A stretch of 63,856 nt of DNA, filler included, from Choristocarpus tenellus KU-1152 (taxonomy: Eukaryota; Protista; Phaeophyceae), in the NCBI GenBank assembly GCA_964200185.2. It is 10 parts of 10 records of this genome, joined end to end, with 100 filler letters (N's around TTAATTAATTAA, not from the genome) between each part and the next. Parts side by side here need not be neighbours in the genome. Positions count along the whole stretch, not along the records: positions 1 to 15,948 come from CAXNAD020000899.1; positions 16,049 to 22,810 come from CAXNAD020007403.1; positions 22,911 to 29,827 come from CAXNAD020007069.1; 7 more parts are not named here. The stretch is one strand, 5' to 3'. Made by a program: the position numbers and the translations under genes. Positions 14,220-24,999 of this stretch are shown here, piece by piece. The notes below the pieces were generated by a model that did not search any database, was not told where the DNA came from, and saw only the letters and a list, made by a program, of their open reading frames with translations. Each line of letters opens with the position of its first letter. The first letter of the stretch is position 1.

Positions 14220-15236
14220 GTCAACACAAGAAGAGTCACATTCCTAACGTGATGCACATCTGCGCAGTTTCGTCCCCAGATCCTTCCCATGATTTCGACG
14301 GCAAGATTGGAATCTGGCATGTTTGTGTCATCAAGCAGGCGCAGAGAAATTCGGGTCGCCTTGAGAGGGGGCAGCTGTCCGACTTCGACGTCACCATCAG
14401 CGCCGTGTGGTACCAGGAGTGGTACGTGGGGGCTTTTCTCCCCACATTGAAGGGGAAAATGCCGTGGTTGGAGGGTGAGGAGGTTCTCACAAACCAAGGT
14501 GGAGAGACCCTCCATACAGGAAAACGGAGCGACCTCCCATTTGGGAAAAGACATGGCACGGAGGATCGATGAAGCCGGGAGGGAGGGGGGGTGGAATACC
14601 AAGCTTGTAAGCAGTCTATTATGCAGTTACCCGATCTCAATTTCTATGATTTGGGATTCTTTGCATCCCTAAAATGCAGAGTTTGGATGGAGCGTTACGG
14701 TACAATAGACGACCTTTTGAAGGGGGTAAAGAGCATGTGTGGCGTGTATTATGGAGCTACTCTAGAGAGGGTGGGGCAGAGCCTAAATAAGCTGCACAAT
14801 CAAGTTTTGAAGGCGTTAGGGGGTAACGATTTTGAGGTACAGCACACCCGAGACCAATAGTATCCTAGAGGGGGGTCAGGTACCCATTTATTTGGGGCCT
14901 GTGTAAACCTGTAGCCATTTCTATGTCATGTGTGTAAATATTTCAGATGTCAGGGCAATTTCCTTAATCTGAACGCACTTTCCTTTTCCATCCCCCAGCC
15001 TGAACCAAATCCGGAGGGAATCACTCACAAAACGGGTATCGAACTGGGGTATTTTCCAACACCCCATCAAGCCTTGAATGTACAACCTGGGCTGAACACC
15101 CCCCTCTAAAATGCTATGGATCCAACCTAAGAAAAGGCAGTGTGAGGGAAGTCTGCCAAAATCGGTCAGAATCGACAGAGGGACTTTCGATACGGTGGTG
15201 GATTTGACTACTGGGTACGAGGAAGTCGACAAATAA
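14220..15236 (+). pseudogene. Mariner DD39D transposase remnant (frameshifted, interrupted by a MITE)
   Basis: QHKKSHIPNVMHICAVSSPDPSHDFDGKIGIWHV; LPTLKGKMPW; QLPDLNFYDLGFFASLK; LGGNDFEVQH. After removing the MITE at 14852-15122 it continues PKKRQCEGSLPKSVRIDR...*. The first catalytic Asp region appears deleted. Confidence 0.8.
14852..15122. mobile_element. MITE subfamily C (~271 bp)
   Basis: Ends GACCAATAGTATCCTAGAGGGGG...CCCCCTCTAAAATGCTATGGATC with CGA/CAA flanks. Removing it restores the mariner C-terminal frame. Confidence 0.75.
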
Positions 15237-15873
15237 TGGTTTTCACGTAAAAAACATCAAGGAATCCAACATTAAAAAATATATCAGAGGTCATCTCGAG
15301 AAGTTACACCCTTAACGTCGCAGACTTATGGGACAGAGGGAGTATGAATGGTTGCACAATGACCAAATAATATGCATTGTGTCAACAAACCCGTTGTATA
15401 TAAATCCAGGACTTCAACTTAATGGTGGGGTCCAAGAAACTACCATTACTATCCATCGCCTGTAGCAACTACACTAGACTGCTCATCATTATCTACGAAC
15501 TACCTGTCGCACAAAGTACAACTAATTGCCCTCCCCGAGCATGCCTTGCATTTTTCTCATTCTTTGGGCTCAGCAATCCCACCACTAGTTGCTCTGACTT
15601 CTCCCTCGAATCTTATGAACTACTCACCTGCCCAGAATGAAAACTTTGCTGCTGCGATTCAGGTTTTGCACGTTTTGCTGAGGCTAAAGTAACATACAGG
15701 AGGGTACAGGTATACTGTTATTCTGTTGTGATTGCTATCTGGATAATGGAAACCATACTTCCTTGAAAGGGAATCCTGAGCAGGAGTGGGTTTGAACCGA
15801 CAGATTCCAGTAAATCAAAGTGGTAGACTACCGCCAAACTACAAGAACACTCTCTCATAGCACAGGTAGTAGT

Positions 15874-15948
15874 GGGTCAAAGTATCTAGGGGGGGGGGTT
15901 GTGAGGGGGCGTCCGTTTCGGTCAAAAAAAAAAAACTGCTGACATTTC
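15874..15948. mobile_element. MITE left end, truncated by contig end
   Basis: [28 protein letters not shown] followed by the linker. Confidence 0.75.
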
Positions 15949-16048
15949 NNNNNNNNNNNNNNNNNNNNNNNNNNNNNNNNNNNNNNNNNNNNTTAATTAA
16001 TTAANNNNNNNNNNNNNNNNNNNNNNNNNNNNNNNNNNNNNNNNNNNN
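15949..16048. other. Synthetic contig linker; also at 22811-22910, 29828-29927, 39360-39459, 44651-44750, 48757-48856, 54059-54158, 57245-57344, 60138-60237
   Basis: Nine identical 100-nt spacers of Ns around TTAATTAATTAA, which gives stops in all six frames. Confidence 0.98.
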
Positions 16049-16094
16049 GTGAAAAACGGACGCCGACACCCCCCAGATACAGATACTTTGACCC
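16049..16094. mobile_element. MITE right end at contig start
   Basis: GGACGCCGACACCCCCCAGATACAGATACTTTGACCC, followed by a short (CCAAT)n microsatellite. Confidence 0.7.
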
Positions 16095-17640
16095 TCCAAT
16101 CCAATCCAATCCAATCTAATCCAATCTAATCCACAAAATAAATAATAATACATGTTCTACATGGTTAACACCTTTTAAACGCATGTCCTGAGGTAGACAG
16201 ACCCGTGTTGGCATATTGCGGTCTTGTACCTTCTCCCAAGAACAAAGTGTGTTGTTAAAGTGCACTGTCGCCAATTCTTTTTCTTTTTCACCATACATAT
16301 TTTTTTAATCTCTCTTTGCCTCTTGTTCAGGTCGACAAGGTCAAGCAGCGCATGGAATCATCTACCTGAAAGGTGTTTGAATGCCAGTCTATCATTAAGT
16401 GAATGCATTTTTAATATCTAGTGTACGCTTGTCTACAAACTCAGGGAGGGGCCAAAGTGAGTGATCGCTGTAGCAGGGTATGATATGCAGTAGGAAATAT
16501 GGATAGTTGAAGAAGGGAGGCATGTCAGGCCTACCCCCATTTTTTCTGTGCTCAAGAGAGGCCTCCGCACACATTTTGATGAAGACCACAAAACAAATGT
16601 ACTCCCACCTGTTGGGAAGTTCTTGGGTGGGATATTCACTGGATAACCACTCTATCTGAACTTTAAATCCTGTTTAGTTACTTCTGTCATGTCTTGACAG
16701 CCAAGCTGTGTGAGTACTGGTCATTTATTTCAGTAGGTCAAAACAGGCATACTCATCACCTCAGTACAGTAAAAAGTGAGCTTTCTGCAAAAGTCAGCAA
16801 CTAAACCTACCCACTTGAATTCTGGTTTGAAGCACAGGACTATATTCCGCCCTGTCTCCAGTCCAACTCCTGTCATGATGCACAAAATCAGTTTTTTCCC
16901 GGCTTGAGTAGTGCCAACAAGCGATAGCGTTTTGGAAAGTTGAGGGTAGGAAGGAGGTCGTGGAAGACTTTCTCCTTATGTAGTATTTGGATTTCTCCTG
17001 TGTAAGCTGCAACCACTACACCACAGCTCAACTGGAGACAGCACAAGAAATCAAGGCAAGCTGCCTCTTGCTGTCTTGACAGTGCAGTGGGAACACATCG
17101 GTTTAAACATCTCTACCTATCACGTGTGACTGCTACTAATACAAACACAGTGGAATGTGAAACAGTCATACACGCAGTGGAGTGATTCGCATCCCGAAAT
17201 GAGTTACATTCTTCCCCAGATCCGAAATTTGGCTTAGCCATCAGGAGAGCAGATCATTAACGACAGCCCTACTCAAAACTTCTCTTGAAGACCATTACCT
17301 AAAGTTCTTACTTCTACACTTTTGCTTGCCAACCTTCGCACTGATAATATTGGACGCATCTTTGATAAAAAGGTGTGGAATTTGTTGATGTTTCAGTTGA
17401 AACAAATCAATAGTGCAGCTTCTCTCACATAGTTTGCTGAAATAATAATTACACCACAAGGACAAGAGCAAATGAATCCGGACTGATTAGAAAAAGTTTG
17501 ATAAGATGCTGAGGTGGTGTCCATGACCGGATAGGCCTTTTGTATGTTTACGTAGATAGTGCCAATCGCTTCTTGCCTGTTACTTCCGTGGTCAATGCTG
17601 CCCAAACAAAGGCCTAGGCATCAAGGAATACACCAGCACA

Positions 17641-17821
17641 CGCTCAAAGTATCTGGGGAGGGGGGGAGGGCTCTACACGAGGGTGTCCATTTGGAACATG
17701 ACCAGAAAAGTACACTTACATTATCAGTCCGACGTACGCAACCAAATCACCCAAAAATTGCGACATGGAAAAATGGGCCTCAAATGGACTGCCGCCACCC
17801 CCCCCGCCGATACTTTGCGCC
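17641..17821. mobile_element. MITE subfamily A
   Basis: CGCTCAAAGTATCT...GATACTTTGCGCC with ACA duplicated. Internal sequence matches 13203-13378. Confidence 0.9.
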
Positions 17822-19209
17822 ACACATATCAACTGCAAGGTCAAGCGCCACATTCAAGGACACAATAGGCTTTAGACGAGCTTAGCATACCAGAAATTGG
17901 GAGCCTATCACTCCTACTGCAGCTCTGTTCTTACTGAAAAGTGGTAGGAGATAAGACCAAGACACAGCGATCCAAACACCAGAGTATCAAGATCTTGTTC
18001 AGAATGATATTTTATTTTATTTCAGGTTATGAAGCACAAAACTCTTATCCAAATTCGCAAGTACAAGAAAGCATATACTCTCACCAGTCGAACATCCAAT
18101 TCACTGACTCAATTCGTAGCACAGATCACGTAATTTCATCACAATTATTGATAATAAACACACTTCGTACTTTGAAATTAATGTTGTCCATGATCACTGC
18201 AACTGAATCACTCCTTATCCAGTAAAGAAAGTGGGACAGAAAATAGAATGGTAATACCGTTCGCTGCGTAAGCCAATAGCACCAATGCCAGTCAAGGATG
18301 AGGAAGATAATAAATAACCTGCCTAAAAAGCGCCTCAAATTGTGTCCATGCTTCCCACCCACAAAACTCAGGGCATCTACAGATATATACACTAGTGTAT
18401 ATGTTGTCATCCACTGCAACGTTGCTGTGTGATAGATAAACTACCTGTAATAACAAATTGTGCACGTAAGATGGGAATGTAAAATACAAGACATACTTGT
18501 TCCACATAAAGTGTGCTTCAATTTACACACAAACATACTGCAGAGTATATATATATATATATTGTGTGTTATTCGAACATGCTGCAGTCCAATGCACTGC
18601 TGTCTGAAAAATTTGAACCCCACCCACACACACCTGTGTCCATGCCCACACATGCACAAGCAAACCAACATCCACACCTCAAACTCGAAAAAAAACGCCT
18701 TAGGCACAACATTAGCACTTACGGATGAAGACATGTATATATGAGAAACACGAGATAAATGAGAAAAAATAGAGGTAGTGTGCAGTCAAATCACGTTGTG
18801 ATAATGACATCCCAACCCAACATGCTCCAAATAGGAATTTTGGCTTGGGCAATGATATATGTACACACTGGACTGCATGTTGTTGTACACTACAACTCTG
18901 TATGAAAATGCCAACAAATTGCACACACAAAATATATAATATGAGACATTTGCTCACCTATATGATGTGCTTCAATATATATATATATATATATATATAT
19001 GCTGTTGCCCACGTATGCTACAGTCCACTGCACTGCTGTCTGATATATTCAAACAAACCCCGTCTTCATTCCAACACAGACACAAGCAGACTAACACCTA
19101 CACCTCAAACTTCAAAAAAAGTCTATGCAGTTGTGAATGAAGACATGCATACAATGAACATGACATGTGAAAAATGCAAAAGAATTCAGTCAAACAAGAT
19201 GTGATGATG

Positions 19210-21947
19210 TCATCCCAATGTAACACGCCCCAAGTAGAAGTTCTGGCTTGAGCCCAAGAAGGTGTAGCCACTTGCAGGATGACGTATTGCTGTGCTGATG
19301 AAGGGTGTGCGTGCTGTAGGGTCATGGAAGCTGCTCTTGATGGTTCCATCCAAGCCCAGGACGATTACAAGGCCATACCTGTTGAGAACCAGGAGAGTAC
19401 GCTGCAGTGTCATGATCTCTTCAACAGAGAAAAGAAATGTTTTCTGCTGCATGACCTTAGCTTTTTGTGTTTGCACACATCAAACACACCTCTTCGACGC
19501 CATTTAACCACGATCAGGTTTGATTTCTTCAGTTGGTGAACTGAAAATGAGAAAAAAAGGAGCAAAGTACAGAATTCTGCCTGACATCTAAAATAGTTTC
19601 GTTGGCGTATGTCACCTCCATTGCTTGGTAATACAAAGAAAAACAGAGCCTATTAAATCACCCAAGTTAACACTTATGTTGAGAGAGAGAGCATATCTCT
19701 GTTTGCGGTCTTTTCACGTACTTTTAGACGAACCGCCTCAGTGCAACACCCCAAAATAACCATCATCTCGGCTAGAATTATAGGTAGTGGAGGTCCTTCT
19801 CATGCGTTGTACTGCATCTTTGTGGGCTGCGCCGTTTCTCGAATTTGACTAAATCAAAAAGCGAACGATGGAAAAATAGTAGTTTCATTCCAGACAAGTC
19901 CCTTCACCTCTCGCATATGCAAGGTTATGGTTTTGCGTGCGTATCGAAATGACCACAATTACAACTGCCAACAGCTTGGCAACTGAAGTTAAAGACGAAA
20001 CTAGGAATGGGCACCTCAGAAATGCTTTACTAGACACGTGAGGTGACACTTGAGTATAAAACAAAACCTCTACTTCCAACACGTTGCCTCAATCCTCTGG
20101 TTGTGTACTGGAGTCGGACCACAACAACTAGGTCAGTAACTTTCATTAGCAGCAGCAGTTGCAAACCGTACCTATCTATAGCAATACTGCATTCATCATG
20201 TCAACGCATAGCACAATCCACAGTCTACAAAAAGGAAAAACATTTGTACTATTACTACTAACTACGGCTAGAGTTCTTTTCTTTTTTAAACACTTAAGAG
20301 CTTGTATTTCGCGTAAGCAATATTAATCAACAACTCTCCAACCTACCAGTACTTCGAAAATAGTCCCCATCACGAGGCAAGTGGCACATCAATGGTAATA
20401 CTAATCAAAGTCTACTGCCTAATGAGTAGGGCAAGCAAATCACTACTATTCATTAGCACACTTGTACAACCAAACAAAAAAACCCTCACTCGAGCAAGCC
20501 ATCTCTCTTCTGAGGTGTACACAGAGTACAACAAGATGCACTCACTGCCGTTTGAAATGTTCCCTTTTTGAAATACTCAGAGCATCACAACGTACCATAT
20601 TACTTTTGCATCTATCAGGGGAGCGTGTCTTGAATGCACAGCAATGGTAACAGCCAACTTCTTCATGGACGTAGGACCGTTGATTTTTGTCAAAAACCAT
20701 GCCAAGAGTCACGTCAACAGTCACGCTGACCTTTAAGTTCGTACTACAAGCTTCAGGGTGAAAGCATCCTGTTGTGACCTGTGAGAAAATACCTTCTTCC
20801 AATCCCAACCTTGAGCCTAAGCCAACGTAGCCTATATTCTATTGCTATAATGCTAGTATTTCTGTGTCCTATCCCCTAACTTTCCCCTCAATTTGTTCCT
20901 CAAAGCATACTAACAGGACAACCAAATTTGAGAATCGGGCTGGCATCCACCTCCGTACGATAGAATTAACATAAAACATCAAATACAAGGGTCTTTCTCA
21001 AGGCAGGACTGGACCAGGTAACTATGACGGGGTTGGACTATGAGCCTGCTCCATATGAAGTCTTTCAAGCAGGAACGGCCAAGGCAGTACAGATTTTATC
21101 GGGGTCAAGCTGTGAGCTGACTTGGTAAAAATACTCTGGAGTATATTACAACGGCTGGGCCACAGGCTGGTTTGGGGAATATATATTGGAAAGGACCTGG
21201 CAGAATCTCAGTTTAAGCAGGGTCGGTTCTCAGCTTGGTCACGCTGGGCTGGGTGGTTTGCACATGAAATCTGGTGTATTTCAAGTTTTAAAGCAATATA
21301 GTGTAATGGCTCCACGATAGGAACATACTCATAATTTCATCAAAATGTATAGATCAAAACAGCAGAGTACTTAACAACGGTGGTAACCTGTTTACCAAGC
21401 AGGCTGATCATGGTATGTCATTTTTTGATAGGGTCAACCCTTGAAAAACTTGTATACCCAGGCCAGGCCAGGGGAATGAAAAACCCTGTAAGGGTCAGGC
21501 CAGAGCCCTCAGAAATGTGATGGGGTCAACCTGACCCAGGTGCATGCCACTCCAGCGTACAGCCCTGGAAATTTACCGCTTTCCACTTTACAAATTGGCA
21601 CTTGGAGCAGCTTATGGCATTACACATTTAACGTCATCGGTACTAGGAGCTTCACATATGCTGTCAATGGTTTCTTAGCCATGATGTTCTGCACAACTGG
21701 ACCGAAACCCTAGTTAAAAACCCTGATACCTTAGAAAACATTTTTTGAACCATCAACATTCTAGGGCCGCCATGCAATCTTGAAGCATCACTACTAATTT
21801 CACTACTTTCCTGCTTTTTAATATTGGCACAGGATAAAATCACTACATGACTACCCTTGCTGATTAGATAACTCACTTTGGCGCCAGCTTCTCAACGAGC
21901 TTCATGGACAGCACCTTGGTGATACCTACCCTCAACCATGGGTGTGC
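19210..21947 (-). CDS. Strictosidine synthase-like / APMAP-family protein, last two exons
   Basis: Exon 21947-21877 (AHPWLRVGITKVLSMKLVEKLAPK; CAG acceptor, GTGAGT donor, phase 2) joins exon 19378-19210 (YGLVIVLGLDGTIKSSFHDPTARTPFISTAIRHPASGYTFLGSSQNFYLGRVTLG*). This matches the APMAP/SSL C-terminal pattern YGLV...G...S.HDP.....IS......Y.FLGS.N..LGR. Upstream exons unresolved. Confidence 0.75.
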
Positions 21948-22910
21948 CTGGTACTCTCAGAGCATTGCGGAGGTGGGGTGGGAGGATGGGTGGGCGGATG
22001 GTGGAAGACCTATCATCACAAGAGCATTGTGAGGATGGCAAGGAGTGCTTTAACTTCCTAGGCTCATGGAAAATAGGAGAGGAGAGAGGTCAAAACATAC
22101 GACAGACTACATAGGAAGCACCGGATTAAGAGAGTGATGTGGGGATTTTTTTTTTCTTCCGAATCTTACACATTCCCCTCACAGAAAGCACGCCTACCAT
22201 ATATAGGATAGGAGAGAGAGCGCCCTGGGTGAAAGTGTCAACCTAAGAGGCCTTGCAAAGATCATATTCCAAAGGAGCAAACGGATTCCTCATACTGTAA
22301 AAATACAATCTACACCTACCATGGCGTTGCTTTGGCCACAAGGGTCAGGTACAATGTCCCATTGCTGCCGACTTCAAACCAATACATCAATGTATGTACT
22401 TCTCTTTTCCTTCACAGGGGTATTAGGTGCTGCAGTAGAGTTTAATGAACCTTTCTCAATCACCAGCAATGATACTTCTGCTGTACTCCCAAAGTACTCA
22501 CATCATACTAAACTACTTGTACCTCAATTGTACCTTGGTCCATACACTGAGTACTCAGCACATGCCAAAGGCCTACAAAAGGCTCCTGCATATCAACTCA
22601 CATGGTATCAAACCGTTCCCATTTCCTCCCCACTACTTCCCTGTGCTGGAACACTCTGAAGGACAGCTCTCAACCCATCACTACTGCACCTCCACTTCTG
22701 ATATTACTGATTTCAAGAGTCGTGCACAGTAAAATAAAAAAGTAAAAGCAGAGAGTGCAGATGACGCCATTTGAAGCCAAAATCGAGCACCAGGAACCCC
22801 CCCCCCTCCCNNNNNNNNNNNNNNNNNNNNNNNNNNNNNNNNNNNNNNNNNNNNTTAATTAATTAANNNNNNNNNNNNNNNNNNNNNNNNNNNNNNNNNN
22901 NNNNNNNNNN

Positions 22911-23222
22911 CCCCTTTGCGATGACCAACCAATGCAAACCCCCTTCGACACTGATTTCCAGTCACCCCCCACATTTGATGACCAACCAGTGCGACCCCTT
23001 TGCCACTGATTTCCAGTCACCCTTCCCCATGCGATGACCAACCAATGCAAACTCCTTTCACCATTGATTTCCAGTCACTGCCCACCTCCGATGACCACCT
23101 CCGATGACCACCTCCGATGACCAACCAGTGTGAAATCCCCTTCACCACTGATTTCCAGTGACCCCCCACATCTGATGACCAACCAGTGTGACCCTTTCGC
23201 CACTGATTTCCAGTCACCACCC
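22911..23222. repeat. ~57-bp minisatellite, about 5-6 units
   Basis: Unit ATGACCAACCARTGC...CACTGATTTCCAGTCACC at ~22921, 22978, 23034, 23117 and 23175, with internal 13-bp CCGATGACCACCT duplications. Confidence 0.85.
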
Positions 23223-24399
23223 CACCCTTCAACCCCACTCAACCCTACACTACTTACCTCTCCCTCACACCACTCAACACCACTCCATAATCATCCAAGA
23301 ACACCCCTTCATCATCCACTTCATACTGTGCCTTTTAACTACAAGACATCTACCCTGCCTGAACTTGACCTCCCTCCCCTCTACCCAGCATCCCCATCGG
23401 TCGTGATCAAGCTACAGGGTGGGTGGGTGGGAAAGCTTGCTCGGAGGTTGTCTTGTTCTAGCCCCTCCTCATCTTGTACCACCAGCCCTCGGTTTCCTTT
23501 ACATACTGGCCATTCCTTCCTACTTGTTCTCCCACCTACCAACCACTTCTTTAACTTCTCTCCTGCCTCTTCTGCCTCCTAATCACTCAGTACTTAACTC
23601 ATCGTTCTCCACTTGCCTACTTTTTCTTTTCCCTTCCTCATCTCCCCCTCCCCTGTACCGCATTACCACCAGAAATCTTTCGCCCACAAAACAGATTACT
23701 TCATAAACATTCCCAATGAAACACACCTCAAAATCTGGGAACCTCTAGGTTACTTTGGTTTTTGAAATCTCGGTTCCCCTCTACCCCCCCTTCAACAAGC
23801 TTTGGTCAGGGTCCACTTTAAAAGGGAGAAGAGAGTGGGCCACCTCTGGAAAGGTACTGTTTCAGGGGGATGGGCTCTTGCCTGTGGTTTTCGGTTTCGG
23901 ATCAGTGACAGTGTCAATGACCTCATGGACATGTCCTCATCACCAAAATGATGGTATATGAGTTGACGAGGAGGGTTGTGCTTGCCATTGTGAAATAGAA
24001 GGAGCTCACGCTGGACTGTCCCTTGGAGGACAAGTTGAATCTGTTGAGGACAGAATCAGGAAACAAAGTTGTGGTGGTATCATGCCTAGATGTGTGGGGG
24101 CAATACGGACTGTTCATTTGCATCAGAAGTGTCTCCCTCAAGCTTCTTCCGTTACTTATGCTCTTCTTTTTGGAGCACAAGAAGGGTTACCAACTTAACC
24201 TGCACGTAATACAATTCATCTATTGGAGTCAAATGTAAAAAATATTTCCCTCCTGTCGAAATTGTGCATTCACCTGCATTTGCTCTCAAATACCTCACGC
24301 ACTGTTCATGTTATTAGCAACTAATTGATGACAAGGTGACAAGGTGCCCCATGACCGTATCCAAGTATTCCGCCATCCACCACACACAGTGTGTGATAC

Positions 24400-24750
24400 C
24401 ATGTACTGTTTCAGAGCTGTGTATGTGAACACTCCCAGGACACAAACAATCGGATTACATGGGTGTTAGGATTTCAGAAGTGGTTGGATTCTCTTTCCTT
24501 TGGGCTACACATTGTGGGAGATGCTGTCTATCCATCTAGTGATTGGGTGTTGACGCCAATCACCAGAATAAGGCTGCGTTCTGACTGTGACAACTTACAC
24601 TATAGCCTGCTTAAGGAAAGGATTGCCAATGAGCAAGCTTTTGGCAAACTTGTGCATACTTGGGGTGTACTCTAGAAGCCCCTAGAAGTATAACCCTACC
24701 TCAAATGGGGAATGTTGTATATGCTTGTGCCCTCCTGCCAACTTTGCTAC
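24400..24750 (+). pseudogene. PIF/Harbinger (DDE_Tnp_4-like) transposase remnant
   Basis: HIVGDAVYPSSDWVLTP...ERIANEQAFGKLVHTWGVL*KPL matches the GD.AYP...LTP...R..IE.AFG.L...WG.L pattern. Contains stops and frameshifts. Confidence 0.7.
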
Positions 24751-24999
24751 AAGTTTGGCATGTTTGTGCTGGACAAGGGAGAATCTATGACAAAGCGCTC
24801 CCAGCAGCTTCCCTTCATGGGATATGTAGCTCCAATCCACAGGCCTGTAGGCTGATGAAGAGGCTTGAAGATGTCGGCTCATGACATGTAAATGCCTAAT
24901 GACCAACAAAAATGGATGCTTGTAAGACTGTTAGACCAAAGGTACGGTTATTCTCAAGTTAAGTCTACGACTGAAAGACGGACCAGAATCAAGGCATTG

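Larger units (their letters stand above)
11978..15342 (+). mobile_element. Decayed mariner (plant/oomycete DD39D type) with nested insertions
   Basis: ~30-bp TIRs (CTCCCTCTGTCCCATAAGTCTGCGACGTTA, left copy slightly diverged) flanked by TA at 11976-77 and 15343-44. Transposase remnants inside. Confidence 0.85.

Noticed and set aside
13970-14602. 210-aa minus-strand ORF; also considered a TnpB/Fanzor cargo within the mariner or Tc1-like elements
   Set aside because: It is the antisense shadow of the mariner transposase. I saw no RuvC or zinc-ribbon motifs in the frames I read.
15993-16004. Recurrent TTAATTAATTAA as a biological motif
   Set aside because: It always sits centred in a 100-nt N linker and is an artificial six-frame stop spacer.
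15874-16094. A single MITE spanning the linker, proving contig adjacency
   Set aside because: Outer flanks (AGT vs TCC) do not match as a TSD, and at 48737-48901 the two ends belong to different subfamilies.
16794-18420. Possible LINE RT or host exons (IYVNIQKAYP...)
   Set aside because: Only one degenerate motif, which is not enough to call.
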